From the IMG/VR virus record IMGVR_UViG_3300045988_135886: a stretch of 64,000 nt of DNA; one strand, written 5' to 3'. The DNA comes from a virus. The notes below the pieces were generated by a model, which worked only from the letters and a program-made list of their open reading frames with translations, was not told the DNA's origin and did no database searches. Positions 56,101 through 64,000 of the stretch are shown piece after piece. Both the position numbers and the translations under genes were made by a program. How positions within the stretch are numbered: position 1 is the stretch's first letter; each line of letters opens with the position of its first letter.

Positions 56101-56536
56101 TTATGAAAGTAGCAATTATGTATTAAAAGTCAATGGTAGATGGGGTTCTTCATCATCGTGGGAAACACATGGATTCAAATCAAATTATTCGGATATTAGA
56201 TTAAAAACAAATATTTCAAATTCAAATAGAAAAGCTTTAGATATTATTAATTCTATAAAAATTCGTCAATTTGATTGGATACGAAGTGGAGAACATCAAG
56301 ATATTGGATTCATAGCAGATGAATTAGAAACTCTTGATCAACATTTTACATTTGGTGGAGGATATGAAGAAGATGGATCTATGAATATTAAATCTGTGGA
56401 TTCCTTGTATCTTCAAGGTTATGAAGTAAAAGCTATTCAAGAATTATCTCAAGAAAATCAAAAACTTAAAAACACTATTCTCTCATTGCAAGGAGAAATT
56501 GCAATCATAAAACAAAAATTGGAGGAATTAGCATGA
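50183..56536 (+). CDS. tail-associated/fibre protein (Tal-like, 2117 aa) with a C-terminal S74 intramolecular chaperone domain
   Basis: GTGA overlap with Dit. C-terminus SDIRLKTNISNSNRKALDIINSIKIRQFDW...GFIADELE...YEVKAIQEL matches the endosialidase-chaperone (peptidase S74) pattern at about 56189-56533. Contains Gly-rich fibre repeats. Confidence 0.7.
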   Translation: MKINHKYDIYGRTEPSIIYLAKPGKRLYCALGGIDTSTVSLSLKTNNTAELTFTVDKYINNTVTDGYEELDELMELYCDGIWFKIVDPPTINNDGLRETKEITAESYEIMLTQYKLKNFKINMGEEDSYEMMYQATHDTNKFYQIKFYDSENEDLSFLHLVLKHADVPGWHIGYVDNITPDDDGKLLPNNICNFEVDDQNVYAFLTQEAAQAYKCVFEFDTVNMTINVYRPDSLGKDTNVVLGFRNIQNSITISRDENLVTQFYVEGLDDYNIDAVNFGDSVITDLSYFVCEPYMDTSLQEKYNAWQSYRESRREEFINLSKEYNKNLEVLTELMNRVPIDTAQTNWFGKKVEDLKDAYNANMAIIKGLEALYVDDEKNFDLEALKKSHDWPLYESIMNYTLPSIVAALQAQDETVEGFGKGNIISCVNPIVLGQDWYMVNPGTSSFQTIQIDDAPAYGITRGVKVTGTNGGIYQHNISIEPSQRYTLSCFVKGSGTFYLGYNNTGEDRKNISYNITSSWTRVYTSFNLSSRLIDVAFTGTNDFTICGMQLEMGDSPSQFGYFTQSENIIKAYETDWKLYGISELKVKISTYDSCIKELKKSGYADGYNPLSGYEEAYFTQMHQKYLDYLNLKDQAETALKERQAEYDKAKKPEIQEKRNQIAKDVLLENFGKVQNKYSAFTDKETYIIKSLYSQSTYTNENIIITTLDSTADAVDKSKVLYDDALEELYVESHPQYTYTDDVENVYALPEFKEYHEQLAVNDFVRVGITDTNYIKLRVIEITYNPCDLDESMEVTFSNMIQYKAKRNDYNTLLNDALNTSNRNGGRVNSVNKSSTSDYVITSEAIKQIFSNPLFNSMLGGTVTGGSGSGGTITADTIIAELVKAKEGIFDKLTVDTAFMKYLDVKLISADKITTRILEAEQANIEKLSAKIIESNQINADMINVKNLLAGHAGVGELHTIHLTVENAEIDQAVITNLIAKKIAVGDLMAQNALANQIVLISKDNKPTIAFQESTQQFYDSKGNVRVQIGMDGKGDFNFIVKNGDRAALFDENGITQTGIPDNTILGDMINNATITKDKLGFQIIEPNEQGGIDITNIYDGKGNQWWGIEKTTITDDYTKQIKNVTDTLTGQIETKVSNTQYLKDQESIRTDFSDIKQNVSGITSTVSSMQTDLSEAQEKIKANTSSITQNSDKISFMVTGDKESEFTVTDKFIQMISDHISIDASTIDINGIITAMNTHTGPGKTKIDGGIIETNTITADSIKVDAIRSKIFEDDLTSNYSLKGIWFDLSENGAIKGKNFAVDSNGNAYIRGDSTVEGTIIANKGYIGGIGGFHIEAGKLYSGMDSLPEQPTSVSKDKNVYIGTDGIALGSGNFRVDSNGKLYANSGTFSGTIYADGGTIGGWNISANSLSNRDGSISLNPDGLKLGNQLNVDNQGNATFGGKLSAATGSFSGELVAATGSFSGELKAARGSFKGELSGATGSFTGSVIATSITAKQSYSIYYNDVGTGEPTDSVQVITAFDWGTNTTQIGFGLIDSSLDSSKMHGMLLIKEQGARVLTLIADDINTNGWLNVNKLNITDSFGQYKGVPYKSIMWKPTDTFDFNGYNHHHTILPYKNGNFAVGMESTTTGMLSISLLPYLLSTETDAYGNITVSKTKDTTSQISIGATANPYACIYVDAIYLTGDKKTYTSLANLGEGGTTNYNGLTNKPKINNVELASGNNTLSNLGIAARSHSHSNSDINWSTTLGYKGFGHNHTMIYDGNGKKAIAIAGSGSNTGLIPYDVSYNNADNISLTRGGTMYLGAAYYSNKLTAYPFECGYFKNIKVYKGSGDASDIDNYITPSGSDSSITGGLTIKLNGTPKISSWKGASDVSVNITASSIGAATSNHSHDMSSYATTSWVKRAFGSTIDVSNGYLYLYNNNGTQLSSVQLPTSSGGSSIPSHAIASDGTTRPIVTSGTAGSNTYTAWIGTYYESSNYVLKVNGRWGSSSSWETHGFKSNYSDIRLKTNISNSNRKALDIINSIKIRQFDWIRSGEHQDIGFIADELETLDQHFTFGGGYEEDGSMNIKSVDSLYLQGYEVKAIQELSQENQKLKNTILSLQGEIAIIKQKLEELA

Positions 56537-56757
56537 TTAAAATTAATACAACAACTAATGTAAGTGCAAATATTTATGTTGGGGAAGCAGAAAATCAAAA
56601 GAATGTCGCTTATGCAAACGCATCTGTAAGTAAGAATGGTGACGTTTCTATTAACAAATCCATTCAAGATGGTGAAGCATTCAAAGCTAATAAAGAATCA
56701 GTTCTGAAAGACTTTACAGAGTTTGAAACATACGTATATGGAATTATTCCTGAATAA
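56533..56757 (+). CDS. small hypothetical protein (74 aa)
   Basis: RBS ggagg. ATGA overlap with Tal. Confidence 0.55.
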   Translation: MIKINTTTNVSANIYVGEAENQKNVAYANASVSKNGDVSINKSIQDGEAFKANKESVLKDFTEFETYVYGIIPE

Positions 56758-56810
56758 ATAAGAGGCCATGAGCAATCGTGGTCTTTTATTATGTAAAGAA
56801 GGTGAAATAT

Positions 56811-57185
56811 TTGACCAGTCGAGAATATGAACTTGAATTAAAGAAAATTAAAGCCCAAAATCGGCAGATTGAAATGAAACGAAATCTGAAGGCAGCAAAG
56901 GTTAAGAGATTCAATATTCCAAGAGTCTCTACAAGTAAATTGATACTTGTTGCTGTACTTTTACTTAATCTACAGATTATTCATTTTGTAGAAAAAGCAA
57001 TCATGACCTATGGAGATTTATCTGCTCTCTACGCTCTCATTGCTATTCCAGCAACACTCGTCCCTACAGTTTGGGCTTATTATGCAAAGGCTCGTGCAGA
57101 AAACTGCACAGGAGGCATTACTTATGATTCTGCAATGGAACAACTTAGACAGTCATCTTCAGAAAATGATGAAGCTGTCGGTTAG
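56811..57185 (+). CDS. two-TM membrane protein (holin-like?), TTG start
   Basis: gaaggtg lies 6 nt before TTG 56811. Hydrophobic segments LILVAVLLLNLQII and LYALIAIPATLVPTVWAYY. Confidence 0.4.
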   Translation: MTSREYELELKKIKAQNRQIEMKRNLKAAKVKRFNIPRVSTSKLILVAVLLLNLQIIHFVEKAIMTYGDLSALYALIAIPATLVPTVWAYYAKARAENCTGGITYDSAMEQLRQSSSENDEAVG

Positions 57186-57194
57186 GAGGAAATT

Positions 57195-57593
57195 ATGAAT
57201 ATTAAACAGGGTATTCAGGACGTATTATATCTGATCATTACTGGTATTCTTCCACTTCTTATTACTTATGGAATCCTCTTCCTAAAAGTAAAGATTAAAG
57301 AACAGGAAAAGAACTTGGAGAATGATCAGCTCGTAAAATATATAGACGCTGCTACTGATGCTATTAGTAAAGCAGTGCTCACAGTTAATCAGACTTATGT
57401 AGATGCTTTGAAAAAGGAAGGTAAGTTTGACGCAGAAGCTCAGAAAACTGCTAAACAGATGGCTATTGATAAAGCTAAGGCGTTGATTACAGAAGATTCT
57501 AAAGCGGCTATCGAAACATTATATTCTGACTTTGAAGCATATCTAAATGATGCTATTGAAGAACTCGTCAGAGAAAATAAAGTTACATATTAA
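57195..57593 (+). CDS. N-terminally anchored membrane protein (132 aa)
   Basis: RBS taggagg. Transmembrane segment VLYLIITGILPLLITYGILFL. Confidence 0.5.
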   Translation: MNIKQGIQDVLYLIITGILPLLITYGILFLKVKIKEQEKNLENDQLVKYIDAATDAISKAVLTVNQTYVDALKKEGKFDAEAQKTAKQMAIDKAKALITEDSKAAIETLYSDFEAYLNDAIEELVRENKVTY

Positions 57594-57614
57594 TATAAAA
57601 GGAGTACAAGGATT

Positions 57615-58058
57615 ATGAAAAAAGTTATTGTAAATGCAGACATTATGGCAATGTATAAAACATTAAATTCTATGAAGAGTCGTGCGGATTTAATCGCAGG
57701 AGATGTTGATGTATTCTGGGCGAATACAATGAATCTAAAGGCTCTTAAGGCGCAGGTAGATAAAATCTCAGAGGTCGAGCAGGAGTTAGTTGATTCTTAT
57801 TTTACAGAGGAAAACTCACATCCTATTGTTGACGAAAACGGTAATGAAACAGGAAATCGTGTTCTTAATGATGACATAAAAGATAAAATCATCCCTGAAA
57901 TCCAAGAAAGTCTGCAGAAAATTTATGATAAAACATGTGAACTTGATGTTGAGATGATTCCAGAGGAATCTCTCAAGAAAATGCTTAAATCTAATGAAGA
58001 CAAACTGTCTATGCTTGATATGACAGTACTATATGAATTTGTAGAAAAAGGTGAGTAA
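57615..58058 (+). CDS. hypothetical protein (147 aa)
   Basis: RBS aaaaggag. Confidence 0.55.
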   Translation: MKKVIVNADIMAMYKTLNSMKSRADLIAGDVDVFWANTMNLKALKAQVDKISEVEQELVDSYFTEENSHPIVDENGNETGNRVLNDDIKDKIIPEIQESLQKIYDKTCELDVEMIPEESLKKMLKSNEDKLSMLDMTVLYEFVEKGE

Positions 58059-58060
58059 TA

Positions 58061-58507
58061 ATGGCAACATATATTCAGGGAATTCAAACCTCTGTTGGTG
58101 TTGTTAAGTATGATTACAATTATCTGGCTAATCTCCCTGAATCAGATATGACATTATCTAAACAGGGTGCATTCGCTGATGCCCTTGTTGTTGGAAGAAA
58201 ACTTACTCAGCTGGGAGCTGATGTGGATAAATTGAAAGAATCTATGACTGCAGTACAGAAATCTATCTCTGATCTGCAGTCTGCAGATTCTTCTTCTAAC
58301 ACTTCAATTGAACAGATCAATACATCATTACTTAGCATGACCAATAATATCGAAACAATACAGAACAATATTACTACTTTGACTCAGAATACTGCTGAGA
58401 TCAAGAAAAGTGCTGATAATGCGAATTCATCAGTCACAACACTGCAGGAAACTATTAAGTCACTACAGACTAGAATTGAAGCTTTAGAAAAAACTCAGAC
58501 TAAATAA
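58061..58507 (+). CDS. coiled-coil fibre-like protein (148 aa)
   Basis: RBS aaaggtgag. Heptad-rich, Ser/Thr/Asn-rich C-terminal half. Confidence 0.5.
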   Translation: MATYIQGIQTSVGVVKYDYNYLANLPESDMTLSKQGAFADALVVGRKLTQLGADVDKLKESMTAVQKSISDLQSADSSSNTSIEQINTSLLSMTNNIETIQNNITTLTQNTAEIKKSADNANSSVTTLQETIKSLQTRIEALEKTQTK

Positions 58508-58521
58508 GGAAGGAGGCAGTT

Positions 58522-59229
58522 ATGTATACACTAAAAATTACAGATGAAAATACTGTTGTAACAACAGTCAAAGAATCAATTGTGGAAAGAAGTAACTATG
58601 TAGATAAGATTCAGATTGTGACAAGCAAACTATACAGAGAACAGATTGATATGACTGATACTACTGTTTATATGAAATATAAGCTTCCGATATCAAATAA
58701 AATCAAAATGACACAGCTGATTCCGAATGATCTTGCATATGAACAGAATTATATCCAGTATTTAATTCCCGTTGATGCCGGACTTACTGCTGAAGCTGGT
58801 GATATTGAAGTATCTTTCACATTTTTAAAACTGATTGCAAATGAAGACAAATCTTACACTTCTTATATTCGCAAGACCACATCAGGTGTTATCCATATCA
58901 CTCCACTTGTACAATTTGATAAATATGAACCTTCAGAAATGTTTACTGAAATTGATCAGAGACTTCTTGTTATGGAAGGAATGATTAAAGATTTAGATGC
59001 TCAGAACAAAGCTGCTTATGAAGGTATGGTAAAAGATATTCGTCTGGATACAGATGGAAGAAAGATTACGCTGACAGACAGAAACGGTGATGACACCGGA
59101 GATGGTATCGTTGTAAAAAATCTTTCTGCTATGGTAGCCGAAGATATGACAGGTAAAGATCCTGATGGAACACAGGATGGAGTTGTCCATCTTGATCAGG
59201 TTGTTGACCTGGATAAATTATTAAAGTAA
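58522..59229 (+). CDS. hypothetical structural-module protein (235 aa)
   Basis: RBS aaggaaggagg. Confidence 0.55.
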   Translation: MYTLKITDENTVVTTVKESIVERSNYVDKIQIVTSKLYREQIDMTDTTVYMKYKLPISNKIKMTQLIPNDLAYEQNYIQYLIPVDAGLTAEAGDIEVSFTFLKLIANEDKSYTSYIRKTTSGVIHITPLVQFDKYEPSEMFTEIDQRLLVMEGMIKDLDAQNKAAYEGMVKDIRLDTDGRKITLTDRNGDDTGDGIVVKNLSAMVAEDMTGKDPDGTQDGVVHLDQVVDLDKLLK

Positions 59230-59241
59230 AGGAGTCATGAT

Positions 59242-62200
59242 ATGTCATTTAAAGATTCTAAAATTGCTGCTGCGGCTAATTCGGCAATGACTTTGAGTGC
59301 TGAGTTAGCCGTAGACACTGAGGAATATACATTATGTACTGATGGTCGTTATGAAGTATATACCAAATATCAAGACAATGCATATTCAACAGTGGATAAC
59401 TTAAAAAATATTGCCGTTGATGCTACACAGATTAATATTATGCAGGAAGAAAACAGCCAGTATATGCCATTTAGGATTCCAAGATATTGGGATGGTATGG
59501 ATCTTATGGATATGCTCATCCAGATAAGATATGAATCTGTAGCTGAGAAAAAAGGTAAAGTAGCGACAGTTATCAATGTAGCTTCCAACAATACTTATAT
59601 TCGATTTGGTTGGTTGATTGATGCTGCTGTTACAGCAAATGCCGGAGATATAATTTTTGAAATTATGGCTACTGGCGTAAATGAAAAAGGAAACAATTAT
59701 ATTTGGAGAACCAGACCAAATGGTAAGTTTACTGTTCTTCAAGGATTAAATTATGACGGAATCATTGAACCTTCTGAAGATTGGTATACAAGTTTTGTAA
59801 ATATGATTCTTGGTCATGTAGCCGAAGCAAAACAATACGCAGATGAAGCAAAAGCTTCCGCTGCTTCTATTAATGTAGATGATATAAAAGCAGATGTAAA
59901 AACATCTGTTATGAATGATCTTAATGGAACAGTAACTGAATCTCTGAAAGCATATTATACAAAAACAGAAGTTGATACAAAAGTCAAAGAATTAAACACT
60001 GCTATTTCTGGTATTGACAGTTTGAAGAACTTAAAAGTTGAATATGACAACACAACTGGAAATTTAGTGTTTAAAGATGGAACGGAACCTATTGGAGAAC
60101 CTATTACTATTAACAGTCTTGCAAACCTTATAGTTGAGTATTCTGTTGTCAATGGAAAAGGTTCATTAGTATTCAAAGATGGAGAAACTATTATTCAGAC
60201 TGTAGAACTTAGTTCTATTGAGCCATCTGCTGAGTGGAGAGCTGCATTGAAGCAGGAACTTGAAGCAGAAATGGACGAGAAAGATACAGTAATCTCTAAT
60301 CGAATTGGTCCACTTGAAACAGCTAAAACTGAAATCGAAAAGAATGTAAATGCCAATACTGCTGCTGTCTCAGAGATAAAAACTACTATTTCAAACATTG
60401 AGAAGAAAGTAGAAAGTGCTACTACAAAATCTGATGAGGCCAAAAATGCTGTAGATATCTTGAAACAAAATATGACTTCTTATGATACTCAGTTTGAAGG
60501 AATTAATACAGATATTACAGATGTTAAGGCCGCTATTGAAGAAATCAAGAAAAATCCTGCGGCTGCAGAGTACGATGTTACATACGAAAATAGTATTTTT
60601 ACATTTTTAAAGGATGGAGAAATCCAGAAAAGCTTTAAAATTGAAGGTGGTGGAGGATCTTCCTCAGATACTACTACTATTACTATTAAAAGAATCACAA
60701 ATGCAGATGCTATTTTCTTACTTGGTTCAAAAGCAATTATTGAATATAGTTTTTCATCTGTAGATAATACTGGTGATACAACTGGAGCCGGTACTGCTGT
60801 GTGGAAAGTTGGTAATACTATTGTAGCTACGAATACGGCTGCGCAAGGAAACAATAGTTTTGATATCACTGAATATCTTAATGTCGGTGCAAATACTATT
60901 AGATTAACTATTACCGACAGTTTTGGGACACTTGCCACTAAGACATGGACTGTTACTATTGTAGAATTCAAACTTGAAAGCACATTTGATGATACTTTGT
61001 TATATACAAATACAGATGTAGTATTTAGGTATACACCTTACGGAAATGTCAATAAGACTCTTCATTTTATTCTTGATGGAAAAGACTTAGGCACTGTTGA
61101 AACTCAGTCTTCAGGTAGAATTATGTCTTATAATATTCCTAAACAGGAACATGGCAGCCATTTACTCAAAGTATATATGACTGCGACAATTAACAATAAA
61201 GAAATAACCTCAAATACTATTTGTAAGGATATTATTTGTGTTGATCCTACAAATAGAACTCCTATTATTGGATGTGCTCAACAGGAATTTACAGCACAAC
61301 AGTACCAGGCAACAAGTATTAAATATGTTGTATATGATCCTGATCACAATCCAGCCTCTGTAAAACTATCAATTGATGGTAAAGTACAGAGCACTCTTTC
61401 TGTAAATCGTTCTGCTCAAATCTGGAGTTATAAGTCATCCACTGAAGGAAAACATAACCTGACCATCTCATGTCGTAAAGTGACTAAGATTTTATCAGTT
61501 AATATCACTAAACTTGATATTGATGTTGAACCAATCACAGCCAACTTAGCATTTGATTTTAACCCTGTTGGAAAATCCAATGGAGATACCGACAGACTCT
61601 GGACCGATAAAAATAACTCTGCTATTACTCTTTCAGTATCAGATAACTTTGACTGGGATAATGGTGGATACCAGATTGATGCTTCTGGAAACCAGTATTT
61701 CTGTGTAAAAGCTGGAACAACTGCTCAGATTAATTATAATCTCTTCGGAAAAGACCCGAAACAGACTGGTTCTGAATTCAAATTTGTATTTAAGACTCAG
61801 AATGTTCGCAATGCTTCTGCTACTTTCTTATCATGTATTGATGGTACTGAAGGCTCTGACGTAGGTATTAAAATGGATGTTCACGAAGCATACGTGAACA
61901 CTTCTACTGACAGCTTATATTTTCCATATAGCGAAGAGGATATTATTGAATTTGAATATAATATCAATACAATTGATACAAAAGACACATCTGCAACTTC
62001 TATCATTATGACTTATGAAGACGGAGTTGGAGGAAGACCTCTTATTTATGATAATTCTCATAGACTGCACCAGTATTCTCCTGTTCCGATTACTATCGGT
62101 TCTCCGGATTGTGATGTGTTGATTTATAGAATGAAAGCTTATTCTGCTTCTCTCACAGATTCTGACATTCTTGCTAACTTTATTGCAGATGCTAGAGATT

Positions 62201-64000
62201 CAGATGAAATGATTGCAAGATATAATAGAAACCAGATCTACAATGACAATAATGCTCTTACTCCAGATTCTGTAGCTAATGCTTGCCCGAATTTAAGAAT
62301 TATAAAAATTGAAGCCCCTCACTTTACAAATGATAAGAAGGATTTTGTTAAAAATACTTCTATGGAATGTATTTATAAGAATGGGGATCCTAAATTAGAT
62401 AACTGGAAATTTATTAACTGTTTCCACGCCGGACAGGGAACTACAAGTAATGAATATGGTTTTGCTGCCAGAAATATTGATGTTATTTGTTGTGCGGATG
62501 GTGTACATCAGATCAATAGTAAGATTCCTCTTGATCCTAACTATAAGACAGAGTTAGTTCTTGGTGATGGCACAAAATATGAGGACGGAACTGGTAAGAT
62601 TAGTCTTACAAGAAACTCTGTTCCAAATAATTGGTGGAATTTTAAAGTAAATGTAGCATCTTCAAATATGGCAACTAATGCATTAGGACAGAAGAGATTC
62701 AACGACTTTTTACCATATGAAAGTCCTGCGGTACGTAGAGATCCTAAAGTTAAAAACTCTATGGAATTTGTCAACTGTGTAATCTTTATTAAAGAATCTG
62801 ATCCTGATATTACTACTCATAGAGAATTTCAGGATACAGACTGGCACTTCTACTCTCTCGGTAATATGGGAGATTCAAAGAAGACTGATATTACAAGAGC
62901 TTATGATCCAGAGGATATGAAAGAATTCTGTATTGAAATCAGTGACAATACTCTTCCAAACTCTGCATTCCAGACCGGTATAACAAACCAAGATGGAACT
63001 ATGAAATATCCTATCAGTAAAGCTGAATGGAAAACTGGTAATACAGCATATGATGCTCTGTATAATAACTGGGATGGATCATTTGAATTCAGATATGATT
63101 GTTGCGGCGATTCTAAGGATGGTTCTGCTCTTACTTCTGATGAAGCAAAAAAGAAAATACGTACAGATAATAAACAGATTTGGAGAGACTTCTATGAGTT
63201 TGTAATTACGTCTAGTGATAAAGAATTTAAAGATGGCTTGAAAGATTGGTGTATTCAGGATGCAATGCTCTATTTCTATTTAGTTACACTCAGATATAGT
63301 ATGATTGATAATAGAGCCAAGAATGTTTTCCCGCATTGGGCAAAACATTATATCACTCAGGAAGAAGCTACAACTATGGGTGATAAAGCTAAATATTATA
63401 CTATAGATGATGATGCGGCTGCTCTGCATAATGGTTATAGATTTGATCTATGGGCATATGATATGGACACTCAGCTTGGTATTAATAATTCAGGTGAGCT
63501 GTCATTCCCATATGGTAAGGAAGATACTGACTATAAAGAAGAAGGAAATCCTTCATCTGGTTATGTTTTCAATGCTGCTGAATCTGTATTGTGGTGCAGA
63601 ATACGTGATGTATTTACACAAGAATTAAGAAACATGTATCAGTCTGTAGACTCTAACTGTTGGTCAGACTCCCACTTAATCAATGAGTATGAAGCATGGC
63701 AGAATCAGTTCCCAGAAGAACTGTGGAGAATCCACTATGAAAGATTGTATATAAGAACATATCGTGCTGGAACAGTAAGATTCCTTAATGAGATGATGAA
63801 TGGACGTGGAAAATATCATCTCAGACAATGGGAACGTGACCAGCATATTTATATGGGAACGAAATTCTTACATACAGATGTAAAGTCTGATCAGATTATG
63901 TTCAGATGTAATACACCTAAGAAAGTTGTAGTTAAACCAGATTATACTCTGAAAATCATTCCTTATTCTGATATGTATATTTCTGTACTTTATGGTAATT
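59242..64000 (+). CDS. giant structural/fibre protein, 5' partial (at least 1586 aa, open at the window end) with a CotH-like C-proximal region
   Basis: Absent from the ORF track because no stop is reached. ATG 59242 with RBS aaaggag. I read the frame continuously to 64000. Only short antisense ORFs are listed across it. LHNGYRFDLWAYDMDTQLGINNSG and IDNRAKNVFPHW resemble CotH kinase-fold motifs. Confidence 0.7.
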   Translation, partial: MSFKDSKIAAAANSAMTLSAELAVDTEEYTLCTDGRYEVYTKYQDNAYSTVDNLKNIAVDATQINIMQEENSQYMPFRIPRYWDGMDLMDMLIQIRYESVAEKKGKVATVINVASNNTYIRFGWLIDAAVTANAGDIIFEIMATGVNEKGNNYIWRTRPNGKFTVLQGLNYDGIIEPSEDWYTSFVNMILGHVAEAKQYADEAKASAASINVDDIKADVKTSVMNDLNGTVTESLKAYYTKTEVDTKVKELNTAISGIDSLKNLKVEYDNTTGNLVFKDGTEPIGEPITINSLANLIVEYSVVNGKGSLVFKDGETIIQTVELSSIEPSAEWRAALKQELEAEMDEKDTVISNRIGPLETAKTEIEKNVNANTAAVSEIKTTISNIEKKVESATTKSDEAKNAVDILKQNMTSYDTQFEGINTDITDVKAAIEEIKKNPAAAEYDVTYENSIFTFLKDGEIQKSFKIEGGGGSSSDTTTITIKRITNADAIFLLGSKAIIEYSFSSVDNTGDTTGAGTAVWKVGNTIVATNTAAQGNNSFDITEYLNVGANTIRLTITDSFGTLATKTWTVTIVEFKLESTFDDTLLYTNTDVVFRYTPYGNVNKTLHFILDGKDLGTVETQSSGRIMSYNIPKQEHGSHLLKVYMTATINNKEITSNTICKDIICVDPTNRTPIIGCAQQEFTAQQYQATSIKYVVYDPDHNPASVKLSIDGKVQSTLSVNRSAQIWSYKSSTEGKHNLTISCRKVTKILSVNITKLDIDVEPITANLAFDFNPVGKSNGDTDRLWTDKNNSAITLSVSDNFDWDNGGYQIDASGNQYFCVKAGTTAQINYNLFGKDPKQTGSEFKFVFKTQNVRNASATFLSCIDGTEGSDVGIKMDVHEAYVNTSTDSLYFPYSEEDIIEFEYNINTIDTKDTSATSIIMTYEDGVGGRPLIYDNSHRLHQYSPVPITIGSPDCDVLIYRMKAYSASLTDSDILANFIADARDSDEMIARYNRNQIYNDNNALTPDSVANACPNLRIIKIEAPHFTNDKKDFVKNTSMECIYKNGDPKLDNWKFINCFHAGQGTTSNEYGFAARNIDVICCADGVHQINSKIPLDPNYKTELVLGDGTKYEDGTGKISLTRNSVPNNWWNFKVNVASSNMATNALGQKRFNDFLPYESPAVRRDPKVKNSMEFVNCVIFIKESDPDITTHREFQDTDWHFYSLGNMGDSKKTDITRAYDPEDMKEFCIEISDNTLPNSAFQTGITNQDGTMKYPISKAEWKTGNTAYDALYNNWDGSFEFRYDCCGDSKDGSALTSDEAKKKIRTDNKQIWRDFYEFVITSSDKEFKDGLKDWCIQDAMLYFYLVTLRYSMIDNRAKNVFPHWAKHYITQEEATTMGDKAKYYTIDDDAAALHNGYRFDLWAYDMDTQLGINNSGELSFPYGKEDTDYKEEGNPSSGYVFNAAESVLWCRIRDVFTQELRNMYQSVDSNCWSDSHLINEYEAWQNQFPEELWRIHYERLYIRTYRAGTVRFLNEMMNGRGKYHLRQWERDQHIYMGTKFLHTDVKSDQIMFRCNTPKKVVVKPDYTLKIIPYSDMYISVLYGN

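Noticed and set aside
40567-64000. Numerous 60-195-aa antisense or off-frame ORFs inside the tape-measure, Tal and giant-fibre genes (for example 43677-44264, 53327-53716, 60489-60983).
   Set aside because: They are shadow ORFs of long AT-rich coding regions, lack RBSs, and have repetitive low-complexity translations.

Overview
AT-rich segment of a tailed, siphovirus-type phage. Strong GGAGG-type ribosome-binding sites and a perfect TTGACA-17-TATAAT promoter suggest a low-GC Firmicutes host. A YonO-type single-subunit RNA polymerase plus HU-like genes give it an SPbeta-like flavour. Layout: (1) a leftward block of small unknown genes (62-4134, minus strand). (2) A ~1.8 kb regulatory region (4174-6014) with face-to-face promoters, a 37-codon ORF covered by a predicted antisense transcript, a ribbon-helix-helix gene, and two short repeat families. 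(3) A rightward early/middle block: Bro-N antirepressor, YonO/RdRP-like RNA polymerase, PIN-PhoH ATPase, ClpP-like protease, two HU paralogs, and a free-standing GIY-YIG endonuclease. (4) A tRNA cluster (17264-18103). (5) Packaging, head, neck, tail and fibre modules running to the window end, where a giant ORF of at least 1586 aa is still open at 64000. The main result is that four essential genes (RNA polymerase, large terminase, major capsid protein, tape measure) each appear to be interrupted by a group I-type intron. Three introns carry HNH, LAGLIDADG and GIY-YIG endonuclease ORFs. The fourth, in the tape-measure gene, is ~2.5 kb and carries no recognisable homing endonuclease; instead it holds a two-orientation cassette of small genes, with an antisense promoter straddling the predicted 3' splice site. 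Splice junctions were derived by hand from a contiguous P10/P1 guide sequence, U(-1)/terminal-G rules and reading-frame continuity. They need RNA-level confirmation. All functional calls rest on motifs recognised by eye; no searches were run.
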